From: an uncultured Chloroflexia bacterium
GTDB lineage: Bacteria; Chloroflexota; Limnocylindria; Limnocylindrales; CSP1-4
NCBI GenBank assembly: GCA_963775855.1
Contig: CAVZKO010000008.1
Coordinates: 3,422 to 67,421 of the forward strand
Reading direction: 5' to 3'
Length of the DNA stretch: 64,000 nt
The notes beneath the pieces were generated by a model, which was not told the DNA's origin, ran no database searches, and saw only the letters and a list, made by a program, of their open reading frames with translations. The first letter of the stretch is position 1. Every line of letters begins with the position of its first letter. This document shows positions 29,321 through 39,291 of the stretch, piece after piece. Position numbers and translations under genes: made by a program.

Positions 29321-30469
29321 TCACGAAGGTGCGTCAGCCGGAAGACCGATTGCCCCGGCGATCAGCTCGTGAAGCGCCGGGATATCCGGCGGGTATGGGT
29401 GCCGGACGGAGACGCACGGCTTCCCGCTGAATGCGTCGACCAGGCATTTCTCAACGATGGCGGGCAGCGACTCGATGAACGGGTTGCGGCGATCGGGGAA
29501 GGCGTACCGGAACGTGAGATAGAGCGCCTGGAGGTCGAGGAGCTCGTGGACCACGGTTGCGGCCGTACGGCGAGCGACGATCGTCCCGTCGATCGGCTCG
29601 GCGACGGCCTCCGGATCGCCCGAACTCTCGACCAGGACAATCGCGTCGAGCGGCGTGAGGCCCACCGAGACGCGCCCGTCGAACACGCGTTTCGGCGGGA
29701 TCTGGAGCGATCGCTGGTTGTCGGCGATCGCCCCGAGCCGCCGGGCGAGGTCGCCTGGGGCCGACGAGCGGATCAGTGGCAAACGTGCGGCGCCGGCGAG
29801 GAGTCGCGCGGCCGACGCAGCCGCCCCCAGCCGTAGGCGTCGACCCGTCCCGATCCGGTCGCGCAGTCGAGGCACCATCGCAAGCTGCCAGTCCCACAGC
29901 CGCATGGGCTCGGGAAGGCCGGCCATCGCGGACCCATCGCCGGTCACGAAGACCCACTCGTCGCCGACATAGGTCGCGCCGCGGTCGGCGAACGCCAGCA
30001 GCACCTCGGACTTGCCGCCCTTCGCCCACCCCGTCACCAGTGTTCCGCGGCCGCCCGCGATGAACGCGCTGGCATGGACCGGCACAATTCCTTTCGAGAG
30101 GAGCGTCAGGTTGATGATCGGAAGGAGGTAGGGGACCGCTGAGAGGCCGCGCTCGGCGACGATCTCGAGCGGTGTCGTGCCGATCTGGGCGACCGGGATC
30201 GCGACTTTGACGGTCGTCTTGCGGCGCCCGCGCAGGACGACAAACTCATCATCGCCGTAGGCCGCTTCTCGACCGAGCGGTCGGAGGACGCCGCGAACCT
30301 CGAGGCGGTCGACGAAACGTATCGTGATGTCGCCGGTGGCCGCGTCGACCTGGGGCAGGGGTCCAAGCTGGCGAACGATGGCCGCGACCTCGGGTCGGCC
30401 GGCATCCACGAGCACGATCGTCAGCAGCCCGTGGAGATCGAGGACGGTCGTGGCCCGATCAGACGACAC
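29321..30469 (-). CDS. HPr-kinase-like P-loop protein (start uncertain, ORF open to 30499)
   Basis: VPVHASAF, GWAKGGKS P-loop, YVGDEWV acidic motif. Confidence 0.65.
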   Translation of the reverse strand: MSSDRATTVLDLHGLLTIVLVDAGRPEVAAIVRQLGPLPQVDAATGDITIRFVDRLEVRGVLRPLGREAAYGDDEFVVLRGRRKTTVKVAIPVAQIGTTPLEIVAERGLSAVPYLLPIINLTLLSKGIVPVHASAFIAGGRGTLVTGWAKGGKSEVLLAFADRGATYVGDEWVFVTGDGSAMAGLPEPMRLWDWQLAMVPRLRDRIGTGRRLRLGAAASAARLLAGAARLPLIRSSAPGDLARRLGAIADNQRSLQIPPKRVFDGRVSVGLTPLDAIVLVESSGDPEAVAEPIDGTIVARRTAATVVHELLDLQALYLTFRYAFPDRRNPFIESLPAIVEKCLVDAFSGKPCVSVRHPYPPDIPALHELIAGAIGLPADAPS

Positions 30470-32036
30470 GGCGTTCGACCTCGCTTTCCGGCTTGCCAAT
30501 CAGCTCGCGAATTACCGGGATCTTCAGCAACTCCGGAAAGTAGCGGCCGATCTGGAGTGACCTGCGGGTGATGCGAAGGAGCCCGACGGAGACGGCCGCG
30601 ACGAGCGGGACTCCGAGAAGCAGCGGCATGTTGGTGACCAGCTGGACAACCGTCAGCGCCGCGAGCGCGACCGCGACCGTCGCGTACGTCAGGACGTGCC
30701 GAAGCGAGGGCAAGCCGATCGCCGATAGAGAAAGACCCGCCTGGTAGAGGAGGTTCTGGATGATCAGGGTCGATGCCGTCGCGATGCCCGCCCCGAGCGC
30801 GCCGTACGAGCCGATGAGCAGGACGCTGGCCGTGAGGCTGATGACCGCCGACAGGACGTCGACGGCGACGATGAACCGGATCGATCCCTGGACCCGGAGC
30901 GTCAGCGCATTGAAGCCGAGCGCGGCATTGACGTAGTGGCCGATGGAGAGGATGGCGAGGACCGCGCCCGCGTCCGCATACGCCGCGCCGAACAGGAGCA
31001 CGGTCAGGGGCCCGGCGAGCGCGACCGTCATGGCGAGAGCCGGGAACGTCGCCACGGCGATCCAGGCCGAGGTCTGCCAGTACATGTTGCGCAGCCGGTT
31101 GTACTCGCCCCGGGCGAACAGTCGTGCCGCAACCGGGACGAACAGAAAGCCGAAGCTCTGGTAGATGACGAGGTTCTGGCGCGCGAGGGGTAGCACGGCG
31201 GCGTAGGCGGCGACTTCGTTCGAGGTGGCCAGGCGCTGGAGGATGATGACAACCGCCGACGTCCGTAGCAGGAAGACGATATCGGACGACAGCAACGGCA
31301 GGCTGAAACCGAACATCGCCCGGACCGGAAGGCTGAAGTCGCGGCGCAGGATCCGGCCCGCGATCCCCTTCTGTTCCAGCAGCCGGGCGAGGAGGATCGC
31401 GAACGCGGCCACCCCGACAATTCCCGCAACGACGTAGCCGATCGCCAGGACCTCCGCGGGCTGGTCGGCGAGGATGACGACGGCGACGACGATCAGCTGC
31501 AGCCCCGGCGCGAGGATGTTGCGTCGTAGGACGATCGAGCGGGCGCTCCCGAAGATCGCAAAGCAGGCGGTCGCGAGGCTGTCGAAGGCGCGAACCGGAG
31601 CGAGAAGGAAGAGAATCAGCATGAGCTGCCGAGCGAGCTCGTTCTCGACGATGTCGCTGCCGAACCTGGACTGGAAGCCGATGAGGGCGAGCAGCATCGC
31701 GGCACAGACCCCGCCGACCACGCCGAACGCGAGGACCAGGGAGCCCGCCAGCCGACGCTCGTCCCCCTGCTCCTCGTAGAGAGGCACGAACCGCGAGATC
31801 GTCTTGTCGAGGCCAAGCAGGGCCAGGGTTGCCGCCAGCGAGGCCACGGACAGGCCGAAGGCGAATGCTCCGAACTCCGTCCGCGACAGCGCCCTGACGA
31901 TGAGGATTTGCGTCGACAGATCGAGTATCAGCCCGATGAACTTGCCGAAAACGAGAATCGTCGAGCCGCGGAAGTGGCCGGCCTCTTCGTGAAGCGTCCC
32001 CTCCTCGCCCGTGGCTACCCGATCTTCCGGCTCCAT
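30459..32036 (-). CDS. Wzx-type oligosaccharide flippase
   Basis: About 14 TM segments, RALSRTEFGAF, GLDKTISRFVP, EVAAYAAV, YGALGAGIAT. ATG 32036. Confidence 0.88.
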   Translation of the reverse strand: MEPEDRVATGEEGTLHEEAGHFRGSTILVFGKFIGLILDLSTQILIVRALSRTEFGAFAFGLSVASLAATLALLGLDKTISRFVPLYEEQGDERRLAGSLVLAFGVVGGVCAAMLLALIGFQSRFGSDIVENELARQLMLILFLLAPVRAFDSLATACFAIFGSARSIVLRRNILAPGLQLIVVAVVILADQPAEVLAIGYVVAGIVGVAAFAILLARLLEQKGIAGRILRRDFSLPVRAMFGFSLPLLSSDIVFLLRTSAVVIILQRLATSNEVAAYAAVLPLARQNLVIYQSFGFLFVPVAARLFARGEYNRLRNMYWQTSAWIAVATFPALAMTVALAGPLTVLLFGAAYADAGAVLAILSIGHYVNAALGFNALTLRVQGSIRFIVAVDVLSAVISLTASVLLIGSYGALGAGIATASTLIIQNLLYQAGLSLSAIGLPSLRHVLTYATVAVALAALTVVQLVTNMPLLLGVPLVAAVSVGLLRITRRSLQIGRYFPELLKIPVIRELIGKPESEVERRVV

Positions 32037-32048
32037 CAACGCCGACGC

Positions 32049-33155
32049 ATGAGCGGGCGCGTGGCTGGTAGTCTCGGAACGGTGGATGCCCTCGAGTCGA
32101 TCCTCGCCGAACTCCGGCCCCTGGTTCGCGAGTGGTACCCGGATGCGGACGCGACGGCGGAGCTCGACGTCCTCGACGTCAATTCGCGCGTCGTCGTGCA
32201 CGTGATTCGAGTCCGGGTGGCCCGGACGAATGGGCCCCCGGCGACGCTCATGGTCAAGGCCGGCGCGGCCGACATCGCCCCGGACACATCCGATCGGCCA
32301 CGCCTCATGCCAATGACCGACCAGCCCGAACGTCCGCAACTGGAGTTCGAGGCGCTGCGGACCGTAGAGGCCAGAGTGGGGGAGGTCGGCGACCCCCAAT
32401 TCGTGGCCGTCCGCCCGCTCGGCGTCCTGCCCGTGGCGAACGCGCTCGTCATGGAGGCGTTCGATGGCGAGCCGCTCCATCAATTCCTCTTGCGGCGTCC
32501 GTTTCGATCGGGAGCCGCGCTCGCGCCCTCGATCCTGGCGCGGGCGACCGGACGGTGGCTCCGCATCCTGCACGACACGCCGTCATCGACCCAGGCGGTG
32601 CGGCAGGGGACCAGGGAGGAGGTCGTCGACGCGTTTGCCGCATTCGGCTCGTACCTGGCCGCCGAGAAGGTTTCGCCCCACCTCGACGAGGTCGTCGAGG
32701 CGGGAATCGCGTCTGCACGTCGGCTCCCCGATCCGCTGCCGACCGTCATCACCCACGGAGACTTCGCGCCGCGAAACATCCTCGTGGACCGATCCGGCCG
32801 GATGGCCGTCATCGACCTGCTCCTCCGATGGCAGGCGCCGGCCTTCGAGGATCTCGCGGGGTTCCTCGTGGCGCTCCAGACGAGCCGGGCAAACGCGGCG
32901 ACGCGCGGACTACTATTCGGGCGCACCATCGAGAGGCTGGAGCCTGCCTTTCTTACGGGGTATTACGGTTCGGAGCCGGTGCCGCGGAACGCGATCCGGG
33001 TCTACGAGCTCCTGCTCGTCCTCGACAAATGGTCCGCCCGGGCGATCCGGAATCGGACGCTCGGGGGCGTCCGGCGCATGCGCGAACGGCTGATCGACAG
33101 CCACTTCGACGCCCGGTCACGGTTACTTGCTCGCCGCCTCCGCGAGCGTGTCTGA
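32049..33155 (+). CDS. Aminoglycoside-phosphotransferase/choline-kinase-like protein
   Basis: LMVKA, ALVMEA, THGDFAPRNIL (catalytic loop), AVID (Mg-binding). Confidence 0.8.
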   Translation: MSGRVAGSLGTVDALESILAELRPLVREWYPDADATAELDVLDVNSRVVVHVIRVRVARTNGPPATLMVKAGAADIAPDTSDRPRLMPMTDQPERPQLEFEALRTVEARVGEVGDPQFVAVRPLGVLPVANALVMEAFDGEPLHQFLLRRPFRSGAALAPSILARATGRWLRILHDTPSSTQAVRQGTREEVVDAFAAFGSYLAAEKVSPHLDEVVEAGIASARRLPDPLPTVITHGDFAPRNILVDRSGRMAVIDLLLRWQAPAFEDLAGFLVALQTSRANAATRGLLFGRTIERLEPAFLTGYYGSEPVPRNAIRVYELLLVLDKWSARAIRNRTLGGVRRMRERLIDSHFDARSRLLARRLRERV

Positions 33156-33929
33156 CTTCCTGAGATAGAGCACGCCGTAGCGACAGAGTCGCCAGGCCTC
33201 CGGGATGCGCCGGAGGATCATCCCGTCGAGCCGCCGCAGGATCGGGATCTTGCGCCCGAAACCAAACGCCCGCTCGACCATGCTCAGGAGCTGGATCGGG
33301 CGGAGCCGGAACTCCGCGAACGGCGCACGCCAGGCGGCGAGGTCATTGACCGTCAGCGGCCGGTCCGCGCCTCGTTCGTGCTTGCCGGGGTACGGCAGGT
33401 GGGCCCGAGCGAAGACAACGAGCGGGTTGGTGCCGAGCGGCTCGGAGAAGGTTGCCCGGCCACCGGGCGCGAGCACGCGGGCGAGCTCCCCGGCGCCGAC
33501 CTTGGGATCGAGGTGGTGAAGGATCGCTTTGCCGATGGCGAGGTCGAAGCTCCCCGTCTCGAACGGGAGCTCCTCGCCAGAGGCAGCGATGAACTCGATC
33601 CGATCGGCCACGCCGTTGAGCTCAGCGCGCTTTCTGGCAACCTCGATGCTGGCCTCGGACAGGTCGAACGTCGTGACCCGGGCGCCGCTCCGGGCCAGAA
33701 CCACCGAGAGCTTGCCGAGACCGCAGCCGTACTCGAGGATCCGGCGATCTTTGAGGTCGCCGAGGAACTCCGCCATCCCCGACAAGGCGAGGTGGTCCGC
33801 GGAGTAGCGCTCGAACGTCATGTCCAACGGGAGGATGTCTTCAGGGCCAAGTTCGCGGGTGCCGTCGGTGTGGTGAGCGTGCGCGTCCCATTTCGCGCGC
33901 TCGACCTCGTACCGGGTCTGCTGATCCAT
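33123..33929 (-). CDS. Class I SAM-dependent methyltransferase
   Basis: RILEYGCGLG, TFDLS, LPFETGSFDL, LHHL, RVLAPGG. SD GGAGGGG. Confidence 0.88.
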   Translation of the reverse strand: MDQQTRYEVERAKWDAHAHHTDGTRELGPEDILPLDMTFERYSADHLALSGMAEFLGDLKDRRILEYGCGLGKLSVVLARSGARVTTFDLSEASIEVARKRAELNGVADRIEFIAASGEELPFETGSFDLAIGKAILHHLDPKVGAGELARVLAPGGRATFSEPLGTNPLVVFARAHLPYPGKHERGADRPLTVNDLAAWRAPFAEFRLRPIQLLSMVERAFGFGRKIPILRRLDGMILRRIPEAWRLCRYGVLYLRKSDTLAEAASK

Positions 33930-34011
33930 GTGCCCCTCCAATGTCGGTACAGCGTTTCGGCCAGGATGAACGCTACAATACCCGCCCTTCGCCCGACGCC
34001 TACGAGGAGCC

Positions 34012-36000
34012 ATGGCAACCGAGCCCGACGAAGGACAACCGGCTGCCGCAACCAGCAACGCTTCAGGAGGCGTCGCGGGCTCGCCGCTTGGCGATCCCGC
34101 TGAACCGCCGACCACGGATGCTGTTGAGCTGCCGCCTGCCGATCTCCGACGACGAGCTCTCATTCTGACTCCCCTCGTCGCGATCATCGTCGGGCTTGCC
34201 GTCGGCCTTGCCAATCTCCCCACCGGGCGGGCCGTCACGCCCGGCGACAGTTCGCAGTCACCATCGGCTGGGGTGGTGGCCGAACCGGGCTACCTCGTCA
34301 GCCTCGACGAGCTGCGTCGGCGGGGCGAGATGGCGGCCCGCGGGGAGGAGCCCCACGCATCCGCCGTGACGAATCTCATGGAATGGGCCGACAACGCCGT
34401 GACCGAAGCTGCCCGTCCCACGCAGCCGCTACGGATCGTGGGAACCGACAATGAATTCGTCGACGACGCCCGTCGCGCATACGGTCTCGGCCTGGCCTTT
34501 GGACTGAGCGGCGACGAGCGATATGCCCAGGCTGCCCGTCGAACGATCCGCAACTGGATGGACGTGGTAACGACGACGACCGACACGTGCCCGGACGGTG
34601 GTGGTTGCCACACGTCGCTGATCATCGGTCGCGCCGGCGCGGGTTTTGCCTTCGGCGCTGACCTCATCGCCAGCTCCGAATCCTGGACGGCAGACGATCG
34701 GGCCGACCTCCAGGCCTGGATGCGGAACGTCCTCCTGCCCGCGGTCTCCCACCGCCCGAACAACTGGGGCGACGCGGGGACGTTTCTGCGCGTGGTGGCG
34801 GCCGACTACGCGGGGGACCAGGGCGAGTTCGATCTGGCAATCGAGAAGTGGCGATCCCTCATCGATCTGATCGAGCCGGACGGCCGGATTCCCGAGGAGG
34901 TCCGGCGCGGCGCGGCGGGAATCCTGTACACGCAAGAAGCGCTCCAGTACAAGGTGGCCGTCGCGCGAATCGCCGAGCGCCGCGGAATCGACGTCTGGGA
35001 CTACGTCGGTGCGCGGGGCGGGTCGCTGCGCAAGGCAGTCGACCGCCTGGCGTATTACTGGCAGCGACCCGCCGACTGGCCGGACTACAAGGGACCCATG
35101 GTTCCCAGCCCCGGACCGCTGTGGGAGATCGTGTACGCCCACTGGCAGGACAAACGCTGGCTCGACATCCTGCTGGACGGCCGTCCGTACGGAGATCAGG
35201 GGCACTCGGCCATCCGCTGGACCACGCTGACCAACGGCATCCCCGTCGAGCCGCTGGTGGCTGGGGGGCCGAGCGGAAGCCCCGGAGCCACGGCGCGCCC
35301 TAGTGCCTCGGTGTCACCAACGCCGCCGCTGGCTCCGGCCCCACCAATCAGCGGATTGGCAGTTGCGCTCGGGTCTTCCCTGGGCAACCCCCTGCCCATG
35401 GTGATCAGGTGGGTCGCGCCGGAAGTCGCGGGCGCCAACGTCGAGCTGGAACGGTCTGTCGGCGGGGCCTGGTCGGCCATGAAGATTGGTTCAGACGGTC
35501 AATCGGCGCGCGATTCGCTGCGGCTCGGCCGCGTCACGGCGTACCGGGTTCGGGCCGTCGTCGCGGGCAGCGCGGGGCCATGGGCCGCGCTCGATAGCGT
35601 CTCGGTCGAGCGCATCGAGGCGACGAGCCGGACCGCCGATTTGAGCGGGACATGGACCCGGGTTGCGTTTTCCGGCTACTCGGGCGGATCCGCCCTCACG
35701 ACGGACGCCAGCGGGGCGAAGATGGTCTGGCGTGGCACGACCCAGTCCATCGCCATCATCGGGCCCACCGGTCCCACCCGCGGCCGGATGGTCGTCACCG
35801 TCGACGGCGTCCGTGCCGACGATATCGACCTTCGGTCGAGCCGCTACCGGGCTCGGAACGTACTCTTCACGACGTCCTGGAGCGATGCGGCAGTCCACGA
35901 GCTTGTGATCGAAGCCCGATCATCGAGCGGCCGCCGGACGGTCGCGGTGGACGACATCGTTACGTTGACATCGACCCTCATCGCTCCACAAGGTTCATGA
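34012..36000 (+). CDS. Membrane-anchored alginate-lyase-fold protein with FN3-like and C-terminal beta-sandwich domains (paralog C)
   Basis: Single N-terminal TM, GLAFGLSGDERYAQAA, HRPNNWGD, PEEVRRG...YTQEALQ, GPTGPTRG module shared with paralog A. Confidence 0.68.
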   Translation: MATEPDEGQPAAATSNASGGVAGSPLGDPAEPPTTDAVELPPADLRRRALILTPLVAIIVGLAVGLANLPTGRAVTPGDSSQSPSAGVVAEPGYLVSLDELRRRGEMAARGEEPHASAVTNLMEWADNAVTEAARPTQPLRIVGTDNEFVDDARRAYGLGLAFGLSGDERYAQAARRTIRNWMDVVTTTTDTCPDGGGCHTSLIIGRAGAGFAFGADLIASSESWTADDRADLQAWMRNVLLPAVSHRPNNWGDAGTFLRVVAADYAGDQGEFDLAIEKWRSLIDLIEPDGRIPEEVRRGAAGILYTQEALQYKVAVARIAERRGIDVWDYVGARGGSLRKAVDRLAYYWQRPADWPDYKGPMVPSPGPLWEIVYAHWQDKRWLDILLDGRPYGDQGHSAIRWTTLTNGIPVEPLVAGGPSGSPGATARPSASVSPTPPLAPAPPISGLAVALGSSLGNPLPMVIRWVAPEVAGANVELERSVGGAWSAMKIGSDGQSARDSLRLGRVTAYRVRAVVAGSAGPWAALDSVSVERIEATSRTADLSGTWTRVAFSGYSGGSALTTDASGAKMVWRGTTQSIAIIGPTGPTRGRMVVTVDGVRADDIDLRSSRYRARNVLFTTSWSDAAVHELVIEARSSSGRRTVAVDDIVTLTSTLIAPQGS

Positions 36001-36244
36001 CCATGAGCAGGATCAGTCCACATGTCACGGCCACGATCACCCACGGCAGAGCGAACGTCTCGAAGTCGTCCGGCACGAAATCCATGATCAGCGCCCCGAC
36101 GATCAGCGTCCCGATCAGACCGGGCACGAGTCCGATCAGCGCGCGCGTCCGGAGCCGCTGCTGGCCCGGCGCGAGCGCCATGACGAGCGCGATCACGCCG
36201 GCGAGCGACAGGATGACAACGGCTGCGATTCCGACATTAGCCAC
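35978..36244 (-). CDS. Small 3-TM membrane protein of unknown function
   Basis: Three hydrophobic segments. TATCAT-N6-GTG leaderless signature. Confidence 0.55.
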   Translation of the reverse strand: MANVGIAAVVILSLAGVIALVMALAPGQQRLRTRALIGLVPGLIGTLIVGALIMDFVPDDFETFALPWVIVAVTCGLILLMVMNLVER

Positions 36245-36323
36245 GAGTCGATGATACGAACCTTGGGGCTAGGCGGCTGTAAGGTCCAGCGCGCCGACGC
36301 AAGGCGCCATCGTTCGAACGCAC

Positions 36324-38306
36324 GTGACTGAAACTGGCCGGCGGATCGCGATCGGCCTGACCGCCGTGACCGCAATTCTTGGCGTCGCCGTCGCCGTGTC
36401 GGTGGCAGGTCAGACTCCTCCACCGGCGTCCACCGGAAGCTTGGAACCGCGGGCCACGCCCCCAGCGGAGGAGTCGGACTTGACCGTCCAGTCGTTCAAG
36501 GACTTCTCCGTGCTCCCGGGCCTACCGACAGAGCCTGCCGGTCGGGAACTCCAGTCCCGCCTGTGGACGATCGACGGGCGCTGGTGGGCGGCCATGGTTG
36601 AGCCCGTGTCGCGAGAAACGCGAATTTATGAACTGAGCCTCGATCGTGCGTCGTGGTCGGACACCGGCGTCCTCCTCGACGAGCGAGGTGGCGCCATGTC
36701 CGACGTGCTCTGGTCGGGCGACCACCTCTACGTTGCGAGCGCCGTCCCGGGGCGGTCGACCTCGAACGGCGTGCGCGTTAGTCGGTTCAGCCGACAGCCC
36801 GGTGGGCGTTTCCTGCTCGACCCGAATTTCCCCGTCCCGTTGACGGAACGCGGTGTCTCGGCGGTGTCGGTCGCGCGCGACGAATCAGGCCGTCTGTGGG
36901 CCGCCTTCGTCCAAGACGGGCGCGTCCTTGTTGCGCACTCATCCGTCGACGATGCCGTTTGGGACGCACCTGAGCCAGTCCCCGGCGACGCCACGCCTGT
37001 CGGCCCGGCGGATGTTGCCACCCTTGTCGACGATGGCACTGGCGGTCTCGGCCTCATCTGGAGCGACGCGAACGCCCGATCGATCCAATTCGCCGCACGC
37101 GACCATCTCGACGCCCCCGACCAGTGGTCCGAATCGGAGGTGGCATTCGAGGGCTTGCCGCTCGCCGACGACCCCATCAGCGCCACTGCCGGTGGCGACG
37201 GCACGATCTTCGTCGCCGTCGAGACTGCGGTGGCCGACAAGCCAGATGCGGGCCAGGCCGAGCCCGGCAGCGTGATCCTTGCCCGAGATTCCGACGGCGG
37301 GTGGAGGACGGCGCTGATCGCGCGGGTCGAGGACCACCTGGGCCAGCCGATCGTCGTCGTCGACCGAGCCGTGACAGAGGTATACGTGTTCGAGACGTCG
37401 CCGCGCCACGGAGGGACGGTCTATCTGAAGCGCGCCGGCGTCGACCGGCTCGAGTTTCCGCCCGGGCGCGGCTTGACCGTGATCGCCGACCCGAGCAACC
37501 CGGATATCGCCTACCTGACATCGACGAAGCAGGCGATCGACACCGAGGACGGCTTGGTCGTACTCGGGTTCGACAAAGACACGGGACTCTACTGGCATGC
37601 GGTGATTGCTCCTCGGGTGGCGGACGTGACCCCATCCGCGACGCCGGTCGCTTCGGGCGCGGGCAGCCCAGGCCCATCGCTCCCAGGCCCATCCCTCGCA
37701 CCGTCGGCTCCCGGTCCTTCCGCGTTGTTCACGGACAACTTCGATCCGTGGCCGCCGAACGGCCCGATCGGCAATGGCTGGGCGATCGCGCCGGCCGATG
37801 CGCGCGGGTCAATCACCGCGGTGGCCGATGGGTCGAACCCCGGCCAGAACGCCTGGCTTCAGGCCACGGGGCCGGCCGCCGTGCGCGCCTGCAAGTCGTT
37901 TGCTCCGGTGGCGGCCGGCACGTTGGTGGCCGAGATTCGCGTCCGCCTCGAGCAGATCGGCGCGGCTGACGCCGTGATCACCAGCCTTCGCGACCGGAGC
38001 GGCGAGTCGGTCTCGGTCCGGTTCGGCCAGGGAGGCACGTTTGCCTACTACTCCGGGCAGGTCAAGGTCCGCTCGGCCGTTCCCGTCCGGCTCAACACCT
38101 GGTACAGGTCGGCCGTGACCGTCAACCTCGAATCTCGAACGTACGATTGGCGTCTGAGCGGCGACGATGGCTCGCGCATCGTTGCGGTGAAAGGGATTCC
38201 GTTCCGGGAGGTGGCGGCGACCCAGGTATCGGAGATCTGTGTCCAGACCTCCGTCGGCGCAACGGGGGCCGGTCTCCGGTTCGACGACGTGCGCGTCAGC
38301 CGCTAG
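36324..38306 (+). CDS. Secreted protein: unnamed propeller-like domain plus C-terminal lectin-like beta-sandwich
   Basis: Signal/anchor. QSRLWTIDGRWW...WSDTGVLLD...DVLWSGDHLYVAS is homologous to the 15936 and 44270 proteins. Confidence 0.65.
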   Translation: MTETGRRIAIGLTAVTAILGVAVAVSVAGQTPPPASTGSLEPRATPPAEESDLTVQSFKDFSVLPGLPTEPAGRELQSRLWTIDGRWWAAMVEPVSRETRIYELSLDRASWSDTGVLLDERGGAMSDVLWSGDHLYVASAVPGRSTSNGVRVSRFSRQPGGRFLLDPNFPVPLTERGVSAVSVARDESGRLWAAFVQDGRVLVAHSSVDDAVWDAPEPVPGDATPVGPADVATLVDDGTGGLGLIWSDANARSIQFAARDHLDAPDQWSESEVAFEGLPLADDPISATAGGDGTIFVAVETAVADKPDAGQAEPGSVILARDSDGGWRTALIARVEDHLGQPIVVVDRAVTEVYVFETSPRHGGTVYLKRAGVDRLEFPPGRGLTVIADPSNPDIAYLTSTKQAIDTEDGLVVLGFDKDTGLYWHAVIAPRVADVTPSATPVASGAGSPGPSLPGPSLAPSAPGPSALFTDNFDPWPPNGPIGNGWAIAPADARGSITAVADGSNPGQNAWLQATGPAAVRACKSFAPVAAGTLVAEIRVRLEQIGAADAVITSLRDRSGESVSVRFGQGGTFAYYSGQVKVRSAVPVRLNTWYRSAVTVNLESRTYDWRLSGDDGSRIVAVKGIPFREVAATQVSEICVQTSVGATGAGLRFDDVRVSR

Positions 38307-38317
38307 CCTTCCGCGAC

Positions 38318-39265
38318 ATGCGAATACTCATCACGGGCGTCGCCGGCTTCGTCGGGTCGCATCTCGCAGAAGCGCTGGTCGACCGGGGCCACGAGGTCGT
38401 CGGTGTCGACGCGTTCATCGACTACTACCCGCGCCGGGTGAAGGAAGCGAATCTCGCTGGCCTGATCGAGCGCCCGGGCTTCGAGTTTCATGAGCTCGAC
38501 CTACGCACCGCTCAAATCCGGCCGCTGCTCGACGGCGCGACATCGGTCGTCCATCTCGCAGCGATGCCTGGCCTCGCGCGGAGCTGGACAGACGTGGAGC
38601 TCTACACGACGTGCAACCTGCTGGCCACCCAGCGCCTGGTCGAGGCGGCGCTCGATGCGGCAGTGCCCAAGCTCGTCCATGCATCGACCTCGTCTGTCTA
38701 CGGGTCCGATGCCGTCGGCGACGAGACAACCCCGACCCAGCCGATCTCGCCGTACGGGGTGACCAAGCTGGCCGCGGAGCACCTGATCCTCGCCCACGTC
38801 CGAACTGGCGGCCTGCCGGCCACGATCCTCCGGTACTTCTCGATGTTCGGACCGCGCCAGCGGCCGGACATGGCGTATCACGTCTTCATCGAGGCGCTCA
38901 TCGACGGGCGGCCGATCACGGTCTTTGGCGACGGCGAGCAATCACGGTCCAACACGTTCATCGCCGATTGCGTCCGCGGGACGATCGCAGCGATCGAGGA
39001 TGCAGACGTGGGCCAGATCTACAACATCGCGGGCGGCGAGTCGATCACTCTCAACGAGGCCATCTCGAAGATCGCCGGAGTTCTCGGCGTCCAGCCGGTC
39101 ATCAACCACGAACCAGCACGACCGGGCGACCAGCGGAGGACCTTCGCCGACACGTCGAAGGCTCGGGCGGCGTTCGGGTTCGAGCCCGTCGTCGGCGCGA
39201 CCGAGGGCCTCGAGGCCCAGGTCGCCTGGCAATTGGCCAGACGCGCGGGCAGCCCTCTCGGCTGA
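38318..39265 (+). CDS. NAD-dependent epimerase/dehydratase (UDP-glucuronate 4-epimerase-like)
   Basis: ITGVAGFVGS, ASTSSVYG, YGVTK (YxxxK), RYFSMFGPRQRPDMA. Confidence 0.88.
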   Translation: MRILITGVAGFVGSHLAEALVDRGHEVVGVDAFIDYYPRRVKEANLAGLIERPGFEFHELDLRTAQIRPLLDGATSVVHLAAMPGLARSWTDVELYTTCNLLATQRLVEAALDAAVPKLVHASTSSVYGSDAVGDETTPTQPISPYGVTKLAAEHLILAHVRTGGLPATILRYFSMFGPRQRPDMAYHVFIEALIDGRPITVFGDGEQSRSNTFIADCVRGTIAAIEDADVGQIYNIAGGESITLNEAISKIAGVLGVQPVINHEPARPGDQRRTFADTSKARAAFGFEPVVGATEGLEAQVAWQLARRAGSPLG

Positions 39266-39291
39266 TCAGGCCCGCCCGCTCCCGGCCGGGC

